From the NCBI GenBank assembly GCA_965223345.1, contig CBDCWG010000012.1:32001-96000 (forward strand): a stretch of 64,000 nucleotides of DNA. The letters are read 5' to 3'. A program made the translations under genes and the position numbers. This DNA is from Nitrospinales bacterium (GTDB lineage Bacteria; Nitrospinota; Nitrospinia; Nitrospinales; VA-1). The notes under the pieces were generated by a model. The model was not told where the DNA came from. It saw only the letters and a list, made by a program, of their open reading frames with translations, and searched no databases. Numbering within the stretch: position 1 is the stretch's first letter; each line of letters starts with the position of its first letter. Positions 43,120-52,492 of this stretch are shown here, in pieces.

Positions 43120-44280
43120 TCACAAACCGGCCGATTCGTAGGAGTCGCTGACGTTTTTGATCCTCAGCTTGCGCCGAAACGCCGCGAATCCCTCGGAGGC
43201 TTTTTTGCTGAGGCGGGACCGGTACACGGGCTTGGCTGCAAGCCCGGCTTTCTCAGGCGGTTCGATGAAAAAAGCCGCATCCAGGGGGCTGACGGAGCGG
43301 CAGTTGGGATACAGCCACTTGAGGGGAATTTTCCGGGCGAGGACGGTCTGCTGCATGTGCCGCACCACTTCCTTCACCCGCCAGTAGTCCTTTCCGGTGT
43401 TCATGCTCGACGGCAAGAGCCGCAGTTGCGGAAGCACCCCGCGCTCGCAAATAAAATCGATGCGCTTTTTCACCATTTCCAGGGGGTCGGCGCCCAGAAC
43501 CAGTTCGGTCCACACGGTTCCCGGAGGAAAAATGCCCACGGCGTATTCGAGGGCGTCATGCACGCGGTGCTCGGGGTGGATGTCGCCTGTGGGATCGGAA
43601 CCGGCAAAGCCGCCGAGGGGAAAATCCAACAGGTCGATGCCGGATGCGTACATGAAATCGATGACCTGCTTGTCCTTGGGCGGAAAGCCCTTGAGCGCGA
43701 CAAACGTCTTGAATTTTTTCTTGATCGCCGCGACCACCGGCGCGAGCAGTTGAAAGCCGCGGTCCCGGTCCTGGGTGTCGTCCATGTTGAGCTGCAACAG
43801 ATCGGCGGCGCCCTCTTCGAACGCGGATTCCACCACGGAAAGGATGGTTTTGAGATCCATGCTGAGCCGGGCGCCTTTATCCATCGCGCGCAGAAACACG
43901 TTGAGGCAGTACCCGTCCAGGCAGATGTTCTCGGAGACCGGGGTGCGCTCGTTCATCTGTTTCTTCAAAAATTCCGGCAGCGGTACGACGCCGACCTCCT
44001 CGTCGCCGGGGTCCAGCACCAGCGCGTCCTTTTGCAGGGCGAGCCGGATGCGGCCGTTCTGCGGATCCTTGAGCCTCGCCTTGACGATGAAGTTTTCCGC
44101 CAGCGCCAGCGCGATCTCTTCTCCCGGCTGTCCGGGACACACGCCCGCCGCAACTTCGGGACGCGCGAGCAGTTCCTGCGGCAGCACCACGCCCTTCTGG
44201 ATCAGCTCCAGCTTCAACTGTCCGTAGGTTTTCACGGGGTTTTCCACCTGGATCCCCTGATTTGGATTGTGCGCGTTCAC
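43120..44280 (-). CDS. Hypothetical radical-SAM-like protein lacking CxxxCxxC
   Basis: Long ORF with host-like codon usage. Its segments resemble a biotin-synthase-like barrel, but there is no cluster-binding triad. Confidence 0.6.
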   Translation of the reverse strand: MNAHNPNQGIQVENPVKTYGQLKLELIQKGVVLPQELLARPEVAAGVCPGQPGEEIALALAENFIVKARLKDPQNGRIRLALQKDALVLDPGDEEVGVVPLPEFLKKQMNERTPVSENICLDGYCLNVFLRAMDKGARLSMDLKTILSVVESAFEEGAADLLQLNMDDTQDRDRGFQLLAPVVAAIKKKFKTFVALKGFPPKDKQVIDFMYASGIDLLDFPLGGFAGSDPTGDIHPEHRVHDALEYAVGIFPPGTVWTELVLGADPLEMVKKRIDFICERGVLPQLRLLPSSMNTGKDYWRVKEVVRHMQQTVLARKIPLKWLYPNCRSVSPLDAAFFIEPPEKAGLAAKPVYRSRLSKKASEGFAAFRRKLRIKNVSDSYESAGL

Positions 44281-44283
44281 ATT

Positions 44284-45690
44284 CTACAAACGGTTGAGCA
44301 GTTTTTGATGGATGCCCCCGAACCCGCCGGACGACATCACCAGCACCACGTCCTTGGGCCGGGCGTTTGAAACCACGTGCTCGACGATCGCCTCCACATC
44401 CGCGATGTGGTGGGCGTTGCCGCCCAACGCCCGGATGTCCGCCACCACCTTGTCCGGATCGAGCCGATCTTCAGGATCGATTTTTTCCGGTGCGAACAGA
44501 CCGGCGATCACGACGTCGTCGGCCGCGCGGAAACTTGCGGGGAACTGGTCCTGAAACACGTTGCGGCGCGAGGTGGCCGAACGCGGTTCGAACACCGCGA
44601 ACACGCGGCCGCCGGGATAGGCCTGTTTCACCGCTTCCAGCGTCAGGGCGATGGCCGTCGGGTGATGGGCGAAATCGTCGATCACCGCAACGCCGTTCTT
44701 TTCCCCCACGATCTCCTGCCGCCGCTTGATGCCGGAAAACCCGGCAAAGGCGGCGCACACTTTTTCAGCCGGCAACCCGAGCCGGATGGCGAGTGCGGCC
44801 ACGGCAACGGCGTTTTCGGCATTGTGTTTGCCCATCATGGGCAGCCGCACGGTTCCCATTTTGCGCCCCCGATGCACGAGATCGAAGCGGCCGATGCCCC
44901 CGTCCTGGCGGTAGTCCTTCGCGCACCAGTCGGCGTCCGGGGAAAACCCGTAACGCTCGACGGAACAGCGGGCTGGGTCCAGAACAGTGTCCGCATGAGG
45001 ATCTGGAGATCTTACCAGCAAAAAGCCCCCGGGGTCGATAATTTCTACGAATTTTCGAAACGACGATTTCATGTGGTCGAGGTCGCGGAAAATATCCGCA
45101 TGGTCGAACTCCACACCGGTCAGGATGGCGGCGTGCGGCCGGTAGTGCAGGAACTTGGACCCCTTGTCGAAAAAAGCGGTGTCGTATTCGTCGCCTTCGG
45201 TCACGAACACATCGCCTTGCGGGACGCGGTAATTGCGGTCGAAGTTTTTCAGCCAGCCGCCCACCATGAAGCCCGGTTTCGCGCCGCAGTCGTGCAGCAC
45301 CCAGGACAACAGCGAGGTGGTGGTGGTCTTTCCGTGCGTCCCGGCGACCACGAGCGATTTGCGTTCGCCGAGAAAAAACCGGTTCAGGGCTTCGGGAAAC
45401 GAGGTGTAGGGGATGTTCTGCTCCAGCACCGCCTGCACTTCCTCGTTGGTTTTGGAAACTGCGTTGCCGACGATGACGAGGTCGATGTCTCCGTTTATGT
45501 GCTCGCGTTTGAAACCGTTGTTGACGGGAATGGCGAGATCGGCGAGCAGGGTGCTCATGGGAGGGTAGACGTTGTTGTCGGAACCGGTGACGTCGTAGCC
45601 GGCTTCTTTCAACAGACCGGCGAGCGAGGCCATGCCGGTGCCGCAGATGGCGATGAGATAGATTTTACTGATGTCTTTTGCAGGCTTCAT
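44284..45690 (-). CDS. mpl: Murein peptide ligase Mpl (MurC-like)
   Basis: Motifs ICGTGM, VYPPMS, GTHGKTTT, EGDEYDTAFFDKGSKF, EFDHADIF, DDFAHHPTAI, FEPRS and MSSGGFGG. Confidence 0.92.
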   Translation of the reverse strand: MKPAKDISKIYLIAICGTGMASLAGLLKEAGYDVTGSDNNVYPPMSTLLADLAIPVNNGFKREHINGDIDLVIVGNAVSKTNEEVQAVLEQNIPYTSFPEALNRFFLGERKSLVVAGTHGKTTTTSLLSWVLHDCGAKPGFMVGGWLKNFDRNYRVPQGDVFVTEGDEYDTAFFDKGSKFLHYRPHAAILTGVEFDHADIFRDLDHMKSSFRKFVEIIDPGGFLLVRSPDPHADTVLDPARCSVERYGFSPDADWCAKDYRQDGGIGRFDLVHRGRKMGTVRLPMMGKHNAENAVAVAALAIRLGLPAEKVCAAFAGFSGIKRRQEIVGEKNGVAVIDDFAHHPTAIALTLEAVKQAYPGGRVFAVFEPRSATSRRNVFQDQFPASFRAADDVVIAGLFAPEKIDPEDRLDPDKVVADIRALGGNAHHIADVEAIVEHVVSNARPKDVVLVMSSGGFGGIHQKLLNRL

Positions 45691-45701
45691 CCGGTCGGGT
45701 G

Positions 45702-45730
45702 ATTTTAGGTTCGGTGAGTTGCAATGTCAA
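45702..45730 (-). promoter_or_regulatory. Sigma70 promoter of mpl
   Basis: Minus strand TTGACA-N17-TAAAAT, 11 nt before the ATG. Confidence 0.7.
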
Positions 45731-45763
45731 CCCGTCCAGCCCCTGGAGGGGAATTGGACAGGG

Positions 45764-45907
45764 TTACAGGATGAAAAGAGAAATTGGAGAAACCGCCGGT
45801 CCTTCCTGCGCGTGCAGGATTGCGCCGGGTGTCAACGCGACGATGCCAGGCAACAGCACGCAAAGGTGTTTCCAGTTCAGAATGGATTCAAACGGCTTTG
45901 CGTTCAT
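45764..45907 (-). CDS. Putative 47-aa small protein or gene remnant
   Basis: MNAKPFESILNWKHLCVLLPGIVALTPGAILHAQEGPAVSPISLFIL* starts 11 nt after the HAD gene stop, with a purine-rich RBS-like AAAAGGGG. Confidence 0.35.
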   Translation of the reverse strand: MNAKPFESILNWKHLCVLLPGIVALTPGAILHAQEGPAVSPISLFIL

Positions 45908-45918
45908 AGCCCCTTTTC

Positions 45919-46563
45919 TCAATCGATGCGATCGAACAATTCGCCCAGATCGTCGATGACGAGGTCGGGTTTGAGGTCCAGCAGGGCCGCACGGTCGCCG
46001 AGGCCGTAGGTGACGGCGCAGGTGTGGACGCCGGCTTTTTTCCCGGTCTCGATGTCCAGCGCGCTGTCTCCCACCATGAGGACCTGCTCGGGCGCCACGT
46101 CGAAGCGGCGGAGCAGATGCTGGATGCCTTCGGGATCGGGTTTGCGCGTTGGGAACGTGTCACCGCCGATGACGGCTTGAAAAAAATGGTCACTGTTCAA
46201 ATGGACGAGGATCTTGCGCACGAAATCCTCGGGCTTGTTGGAGCAGATGGCCTGGGTCCTGGATGCGAACCGCTTGAGCACTTCGCGGCCGTTGGGGTAA
46301 AACCGGGTGTGGTCCATCAGGTGCTCGGCGTAATGCTTGCGGAACAGGGACACGGCGCGGTCGATGTCCGCAAAGCCGGTGCCGTTCAGGGCGCGGGTCA
46401 TGAGCATGGCGACGCCGCTGCCGACGCAGCGTTTGATGGTTTCGGTGTCCAGGCTGGCAAAGCCAAGCTCTTCGAGCGCCAGATTGACGGAAAGGGCGAT
46501 GTCTTTGAGAGTATCGACCAGGGTGCCGTCGAAATCGTAAACGATCAGGGCGATTTTCTTCAT
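45919..46563 (-). CDS. HAD-superfamily hydrolase, phosphoglycolate phosphatase-like
   Basis: Motifs DFDGTLVDT, CSNK, KPDPEG and MVGDSALD. Confidence 0.9.
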   Translation of the reverse strand: MKKIALIVYDFDGTLVDTLKDIALSVNLALEELGFASLDTETIKRCVGSGVAMLMTRALNGTGFADIDRAVSLFRKHYAEHLMDHTRFYPNGREVLKRFASRTQAICSNKPEDFVRKILVHLNSDHFFQAVIGGDTFPTRKPDPEGIQHLLRRFDVAPEQVLMVGDSALDIETGKKAGVHTCAVTYGLGDRAALLDLKPDLVIDDLGELFDRID

Positions 46564-46720
46564 CCGTACGGTACAGGGGCCAGCGGGTTGAATTGCGGTC
46601 GGAGACCGAATCGATGTCCTCCCGCACGTCCTTGTGGGCAGCGCGCCTCATGGTACCGCGTCCCGGATTTTCGGACAACCCGACGGCGACGCCGGGCCGG
46701 ATTACTATTTCAGGAAAGGG

Positions 46721-47032
46721 TCATTCGTCGAGGCTGGAGGTGAAGCGGTACGCTTTGACGATGTTGTTCTCATCGAACAGGATCACAAGGTCTTTGGACT
46801 GGGTGTCGGAAAACGCATTCCACTGGTCGTACTGGTAGGTCCACATGACGTGTTCGTTTTCCAGGCCTTCCTTGAACGGAATGCCAAACCAGTCGAGCAC
46901 CTCGGACTGGGTGGTCACGTTTTTCTGGATGTTCTGCACCTTGTCGCTTTCAAAGTCTTTTCCCACGGTGCCGCATCCGGTTATCCATAAAATAAGGGCA
47001 AGGGCCGACAGACTGACCGTGAATCGTTTCAT
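46721..47032 (-). CDS. Small lipoprotein, BamE/SmpA-like domain
   Basis: Lipobox ITGC; TTQSEVLDWFGIP, WTYQY and LVILFDENNIV; RBS GGAGG. Confidence 0.72.
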   Translation of the reverse strand: MKRFTVSLSALALILWITGCGTVGKDFESDKVQNIQKNVTTQSEVLDWFGIPFKEGLENEHVMWTYQYDQWNAFSDTQSKDLVILFDENNIVKAYRFTSSLDE

Positions 47033-47284
47033 TGTGACCTCCTTTCAATGCATCGCTGTTCGGGCTCCGGCATACCATCCAGACAGATCTGCGATTAGGT
47101 GTGGGTTTTCAACGATATCGGATCGGCGAAACAAAGTCTACCAAAAACGGCTTAAAAAGTATAATCTTAACGCGGCAAAAAACCGAAAAGTCTTTAAACT
47201 TCAAAGGATAATTTTTTCATGGGTTTCACACGGCTAAACTACGCGCGACTTTCAGGGCGTTCCCGCCGGTTTCCGGCTTTGCAA

Positions 47285-48337
47285 ATGAAATTTCCTCGCC
47301 CCGCACACGGTCTGCGCGGGCTTTTTTTATGGATGACGGGGACCGCCCTGAGTTTGTCCGCCTGCGTGCTCCCGCCGCAGGAATCCTCCCGCAACGGCGC
47401 CGGGGGCCGCGATGCGTTCGTGCCGGACGGCTACGTGGAAACCTCGCCGCTTCTGGGGCCCAAGGGATACCTGATCAAGTCCATCGCCCGGGATGTGTAT
47501 TTTTTTTCCACCGGCGTTTACAACACGATGTTCGTCGCCACGTCGGAAGGGGTCATCCTGATCGATCCGATCCGCGGCCAGGGCGAAGCGTTGAAAAAGG
47601 CGATCCGGGAAACCACCGACATGCCGGTGAAGTTTCTGATCTACTCGCACGCGCATCTGGACCACATCGGCGACGCCTATCTGTTTTCCAAGGACGCGCA
47701 GATCGTCGCGCAGAAAGAGACCACCGAACTCCTCAAGTTGTACAAGGACCCGTACCGCCCGGTGCCCAACATCAGTTTCGGTGAAAATTACAGCCTGTCA
47801 CTGGGGGGAATCCAGGTCGATCTGGCCTATCCGGGCGAAGGGCACGGCAAGGGCAACATCCTCATCCACCTGCCGCAACGCAAGGTGCTGATGTACGTGG
47901 ATGTGGCCACGCCGCGGGCGGTGCCGTTCAAAAATTTCACCACGGTGGACATCTACCGCCAGATCAAGGGCATCGAACGCGCGCTGGCGCTCGATTTCAC
48001 GGTGTACGTCGCCGGGCATTTGCACCGCCCCGGCAGCATGGAGGAGATGCAGGAAGTGCTGGATTATTATTACGCGTCCAAACGGGCAAACGCCGCGGCG
48101 CTGAAAAAGGTGAGCTTTGAGTCTGTGCGCGCCCGCTCGAAAACCCGGGACGTGAAGCGTCAGTTCGGGGAATATTACGACGCGGTGGCGGAGACCTGTT
48201 ACCGGATCCTGAAAAAGGACTGGGGCGAACGCTTGATGGGCTTCGAGGCGTTCGCGCGCGGCCACTGCGACGTCTGGACCGCATACCACCGTACCCAGGT
48301 GGCCCCGCCTGCGGCGGTCAAAGCGAACTCAAACTAA
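47285..48337 (+). CDS. Metallo-beta-lactamase-fold hydrolase, probable lipoprotein
   Basis: HAHLDH motif plus GH, D and AGH ligands; LSAC lipobox-like sequence. The start is uncertain. Confidence 0.82.
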   Translation: MKFPRPAHGLRGLFLWMTGTALSLSACVLPPQESSRNGAGGRDAFVPDGYVETSPLLGPKGYLIKSIARDVYFFSTGVYNTMFVATSEGVILIDPIRGQGEALKKAIRETTDMPVKFLIYSHAHLDHIGDAYLFSKDAQIVAQKETTELLKLYKDPYRPVPNISFGENYSLSLGGIQVDLAYPGEGHGKGNILIHLPQRKVLMYVDVATPRAVPFKNFTTVDIYRQIKGIERALALDFTVYVAGHLHRPGSMEEMQEVLDYYYASKRANAAALKKVSFESVRARSKTRDVKRQFGEYYDAVAETCYRILKKDWGERLMGFEAFARGHCDVWTAYHRTQVAPPAAVKANSN

Positions 48338-49359
48338 AATCCGATTCCGTTGTTGCCTTCCAGTTCCTCGTACGCGCTCAGGATCTGGGACACATCGTTG
48401 TGCGCGTGCACGGGCATGCGTCCCCCCAGGTGGGTCACCACCTGCGCGGCGCAGTAGGACCCGAGGATCGCCGATTCTTCGAGTGTGTGTTTCTGGATGA
48501 TTCCGTGCAGGGCTCCCGCCGCGAACAGGTCGCCGGCGCCGGTGGTGTCCACAGGCGTCACCGGGAACGTGCGCACGGGGATTTTTTCGTGTTGTCCGTT
48601 CCCCACCCAGGAACCGTTACCGCCCCGTGTCATGAACACGGTTTCCGCCATGCCTTTGAGTTTTTTGAAGGCCACTTCCAGGTCGTCCGTTTCGGCGATC
48701 GCCACCGATTCCGGTTCGTTGCAGAACAGGATGTCCACGTTCCAGCGGATGAAATCGATGAGGCCTTCCTTGAAGGCGTTGACGACGAACGCGTCGCTGA
48801 GCGTGAAGGCCACCGGGATGCCGTTCTTCTTTGCGATCTCGGCCATCTTCAACGCGGCTTCGCGGGTCTCGTCGCCGGTCCACAGATAGCCCTCGATGTA
48901 CACCACCTGAGCGTTTTTCACGATGGTCGCGTCCACGTTCTCGGGATGCAGGTTGGAGGACACGCCGAGATGGGTGAGCATGGTGCGCTCGGAATCGGGG
49001 GTGATGAGCACGATGCAGGTGCCCGTGCCGTTGGTTTCGGCACTGGGGCCGGGGAAACCGACGCCGCACACCTGCATGTCCTGCGTGTAATGACGGCCGT
49101 AATCGTCGTCGGCGACGCGGCCCAGATAGTAGGTCGCGGAACCCAGCACCTTGGCTCCGTGCACGGTGTTGGCGGCGGAACCGCCGGAGGCGACTTTCTG
49201 CGAGCTTCCTGCGAGGCTGTTCAGCACTTCCTGCTGTTGCTCGGAAGTGTAGAGCGTCATGCCTCCCTTGGTCAGTTGGTTATTTTCAATGAACGCGTCT
49301 TCGACACGGATTTCGATGTCCACCAACGCGTTGCCGATTCCCACCAGATCGTAGTTCAT
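48334..49359 (-). CDS. PfkB-family carbohydrate/adenosine kinase
   Basis: Motifs GNALVD, GGSAAN, ERTMLTHLG, IEGYLW and DTTGAGDLFAAG. Confidence 0.9.
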   Translation of the reverse strand: MNYDLVGIGNALVDIEIRVEDAFIENNQLTKGGMTLYTSEQQQEVLNSLAGSSQKVASGGSAANTVHGAKVLGSATYYLGRVADDDYGRHYTQDMQVCGVGFPGPSAETNGTGTCIVLITPDSERTMLTHLGVSSNLHPENVDATIVKNAQVVYIEGYLWTGDETREAALKMAEIAKKNGIPVAFTLSDAFVVNAFKEGLIDFIRWNVDILFCNEPESVAIAETDDLEVAFKKLKGMAETVFMTRGGNGSWVGNGQHEKIPVRTFPVTPVDTTGAGDLFAAGALHGIIQKHTLEESAILGSYCAAQVVTHLGGRMPVHAHNDVSQILSAYEELEGNNGIGF

Positions 49360-49399
49360 AACTATTTGTTCTTAAGAAAAGGGTTGCGATGCAGGAAGG

Positions 49400-49936
49400 T
49401 CAAGCCGAACCGCCGGACGGGTCTTCCTGAGGGCGAGACACAAACATTCTGTATACCAGCATCCCGAACACGGCCAGTGCCGAGAGAAAAAACGCCGCAC
49501 CGGAAACCTGCGCTATCAGTCCCACGGCCTCCTTGGCGGCGCCGGTGGACCCCATTCCGGGAGCGATGGCGCCGGCCAGCAGCCAGAAAAACCCGTAGCC
49601 GAGGCTGCCCAGGCCGCCGAGGATCGAGACGACCATCTGGAAACGCGCGGGAAACTTCAACCAGGCGATCAACAGGGCAAACGCGATGGCGATCACGCCC
49701 ATGGTCTGCGAATGCAGGTGAGCCCGTTTCATGTAGACCCAGGCTTTTTTCGCGACCGCGTCGGCTTTTTCCTGCGCGCCGCCGTATTTCTCATTGAGCA
49801 CCTCCGCGGCGCTGGACTTGAACGAACCTTTGATGCTGTCCTCGCAGCAGCCGAAGGAAAGACCCATCAAGCCGCCGAACAGGATGGCGATGATGGAAAT
49901 CAGGACGCCGTATTTGATGTGCGTGAAGTCGAGCAT
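49400..49936 (-). CDS. Hypothetical four-helix membrane protein
   Basis: Four hydrophobic segments and a RAHLH motif; RBS AAGGAG. Confidence 0.7.
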   Translation of the reverse strand: MLDFTHIKYGVLISIIAILFGGLMGLSFGCCEDSIKGSFKSSAAEVLNEKYGGAQEKADAVAKKAWVYMKRAHLHSQTMGVIAIAFALLIAWLKFPARFQMVVSILGGLGSLGYGFFWLLAGAIAPGMGSTGAAKEAVGLIAQVSGAAFFLSALAVFGMLVYRMFVSRPQEDPSGGSA

Positions 49937-50056
49937 GGGATGTCTCCTTTAGCAATTCCAAAAGGAATTTTTTTCATGAATCCGCGACGGCTGTGTGTTC
50001 GACCGATGCCGCGTCCCGCCATTTTGCTCCCGCTTTGCTTGCCGATTATTTGGTGT

Positions 50057-50085
50057 TTGTATTCTTTAGCGTTAGCCTGTAAAAT
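50057..50085 (+). promoter_or_regulatory. Sigma70 promoter abutting dacB (leaderless type)
   Basis: TTGTAT-N17-TAAAAT, then 8 nt to the ATG; no SD sequence. Confidence 0.55.
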
Positions 50086-50093
50086 TTCATAGC

Positions 50094-51587
50094 ATGAATG
50101 AGGTCATCCTCAAGCTAAAATCTCGCCTCACTTTCGCACTCTGCGCCGCTTTCCTTTCCATTTCCTCTCCCGGCTTTGCGGATCCGGAATCCTTTGCGAA
50201 AGCCCTCGATGCCATTCTCGACAACCCCTGCCTGAAAAAAAACCGTTACGGGATCGAGATCTACTCGCTGGACCGGGAAGAGATCCTCTATGAAACACGC
50301 AAGGACGAACTGTTCATTCCCGCATCGAATCTGAAGCTCATCACCACCGCCGTCGCGCTCAAACACCTGGGCCCGGATTACCGTTTCCCCACCCGCCTGT
50401 ACACGACGGGAAGGCTGGACGGCGACACCCTGTTCGGGGACCTCTATATTAAAGGCTACGGGGATCCCAAGTTCGTCACCGAGCAGATGTGGCTGCTGGT
50501 CACCGAGCTGGAAAACCTGCCGATCCGTAAAATCGTGGGAAACATCCTCGCCGACGCGACCTATTTCGATCCGGTGTCCCGCGTCAAAACCTGGAGCACG
50601 GTATCCGGCCCCGAGGCCTACAACGCGCCTCTGGGGGCGCTGTCGTTCAACTTCAACACCGTCACCGTCTATGTTACTGCGGGAAAAACACCGGGGGGAA
50701 AACCCCTGGTCATCCTGGAACCGGAGACCGACTACGTCAAACTGGGCAATCACGCGGAAACGCTGCCTCCGAGAAAGCGCGGCCGCCTGGTGGTCAACCG
50801 GGTGAACCGTGGAAGCTACGACGAAGTCATCGTGCGCGGCGGAATCCGCTCCAATCTAGCGCGATCGAAATACTATGTCAACATCAGCGACCCCACCGTG
50901 TACACGGTGAACGTGTTCCGGGAATACCTGACGCGCGCCGGCATCGAAGTGGTCGGCGACATCGGACAGGCCCCGGTGCCGGCGAAAGCGCGCCTGCTGC
51001 TCAAGCACGAATCGGAGCCGTTGTCGCTGGCGCTGCGCGGCCTGAACAAGTTCAGCAACAACTTCGTCGCGGAACAGATTTTAAAAACCATGGGAGCCAG
51101 ACGGTTCGGTGCGCCCGGAACGACGGAAAAAGGCATCCGCATCATCGACGAATACATGGGGGAGCTGGGCTACGCGCCGGAGGATTACACGATCCTCGAC
51201 GGTTCGGGCCTGTCGCGGAACAGCCGCCTGTCGCCGGAGCAGATCATCAAGGTTCTCGACGACGTGCGCAAAGATCTGGGCGTGTATCCGGAGTTTATTT
51301 CCGCGCTCGGGGTGATGGGGGTGGACGGCAACGTGAAAAAGCGCATGAACGGCGTGAAGGGCTCGCAGAAAGCGCGTGTGAAAACGGGGACCCTGAACGG
51401 GGTGAGCGCGCTCTCGGGTTATTTCCAGTCGCGCGACGGTGAGAAATTCGCGTTCTCCATCCTCATGAACGATCTGACCTGCGGCAACGGCCGGGCTCTG
51501 CGGCTGCAGGACCGCATCCTGCGCGAGGGGTTGAATTTTGTGCGGGGTGACGACGAGGAAGAGGAAGCGGAACCCGACGGTTCCTGA
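50094..51587 (+). CDS. dacB: D-alanyl-D-alanine carboxypeptidase/endopeptidase (PBP4, peptidase S13)
   Basis: PASNLK (SxxK), SNN, DGSGLSR and KTGTL motifs. Confidence 0.93.
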   Translation: MNEVILKLKSRLTFALCAAFLSISSPGFADPESFAKALDAILDNPCLKKNRYGIEIYSLDREEILYETRKDELFIPASNLKLITTAVALKHLGPDYRFPTRLYTTGRLDGDTLFGDLYIKGYGDPKFVTEQMWLLVTELENLPIRKIVGNILADATYFDPVSRVKTWSTVSGPEAYNAPLGALSFNFNTVTVYVTAGKTPGGKPLVILEPETDYVKLGNHAETLPPRKRGRLVVNRVNRGSYDEVIVRGGIRSNLARSKYYVNISDPTVYTVNVFREYLTRAGIEVVGDIGQAPVPAKARLLLKHESEPLSLALRGLNKFSNNFVAEQILKTMGARRFGAPGTTEKGIRIIDEYMGELGYAPEDYTILDGSGLSRNSRLSPEQIIKVLDDVRKDLGVYPEFISALGVMGVDGNVKKRMNGVKGSQKARVKTGTLNGVSALSGYFQSRDGEKFAFSILMNDLTCGNGRALRLQDRILREGLNFVRGDDEEEEAEPDGS

Positions 51588-51599
51588 ATCCGCTTTGCA

Positions 51600-52397
51600 T
51601 CAATAGCCGAAAATCTTCCGGTTCTCCTTGCGGTCTTCTTCCAGAATTTTCTTCCAGTCCCGTTTCACATACGGGGAATCCAAATAATCCTGATAGATCG
51701 ACTTGGCCAGTTCGATCCGGTCCACGCCTTCGGGCGCCACCTGGATGTCGAGCTGGGCCAGCGCCATGTCGAAATCCCGATCCAGCAGAGAGCCTGCGTC
51801 CATGCCGTATTCCTGCAGCGCCTGCTTGATGGTTCCCGGATCTTTCTGAAAGCGGTTCGCCACTTCGTTGATGTTGGACGGTTTGTAATTTTTTGCGGGA
51901 CCGATTCCCAGATGGTACGCGCAGAACAACTCGAACGGATCCAGGCCGGCGAACAGCTTGGTGGGCGCCTGGCCCTTGCCTTGTGGCGCGGAGGCGGCGG
52001 ATTTCGGTGCGCTGCGCTGCATCGGGCCGCCCCTGCCCTCTTTTCCCGGATTGCGGTTTCTCGCCTGCGGATTGGTTCCGTTTCTTTGCGAACGGTCCTG
52101 CGTATTGCGGTTCCGGCCGCCGTTTTTCCCGGAACCGGAGTTGTCGTTTTTGCCTGAGTTCTTTTTACCGGAACGGTCGCGCTTGTTGATGATGGGGATG
52201 TGCGAGGTGAGGGTCTGCGATGTCGGCGACATCCACTGCTCCACCGCACGGGCGTGGTTCTCCTTGGCCGAGTTGCCGCGGCCGCGGGAAGGGTTGCCGC
52301 GGTTGGAGGTAGCTTTGGAAGACCGGCCCTGGTTGTTGCGGCCGTGTCCATCACGGGATCGGTTGCCGGGGCGCCGTGAATTGCTTGAGTTTTTCAA
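51600..52397 (-). CDS. Hypothetical protein with a disordered basic N-terminus and a compact C-terminal domain
   Basis: About 145 aa rich in R/N/G/S/K, followed by a folded-looking region (DPFELFCAYHLGI...). TTG start preceded by RBS GGAAAGG. Confidence 0.68.
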   Translation of the reverse strand: MKNSSNSRRPGNRSRDGHGRNNQGRSSKATSNRGNPSRGRGNSAKENHARAVEQWMSPTSQTLTSHIPIINKRDRSGKKNSGKNDNSGSGKNGGRNRNTQDRSQRNGTNPQARNRNPGKEGRGGPMQRSAPKSAASAPQGKGQAPTKLFAGLDPFELFCAYHLGIGPAKNYKPSNINEVANRFQKDPGTIKQALQEYGMDAGSLLDRDFDMALAQLDIQVAPEGVDRIELAKSIYQDYLDSPYVKRDWKKILEEDRKENRKIFGY

Positions 52398-52492
52398 GAT
52401 GCCTTTCCTTTTTTGTATGAAGCGTTGGTTGGGGCCGGCCGATCCCGCCTGATTCCATTTTGTTCAATCATCGGTCAACCATGGTCGGGTTT

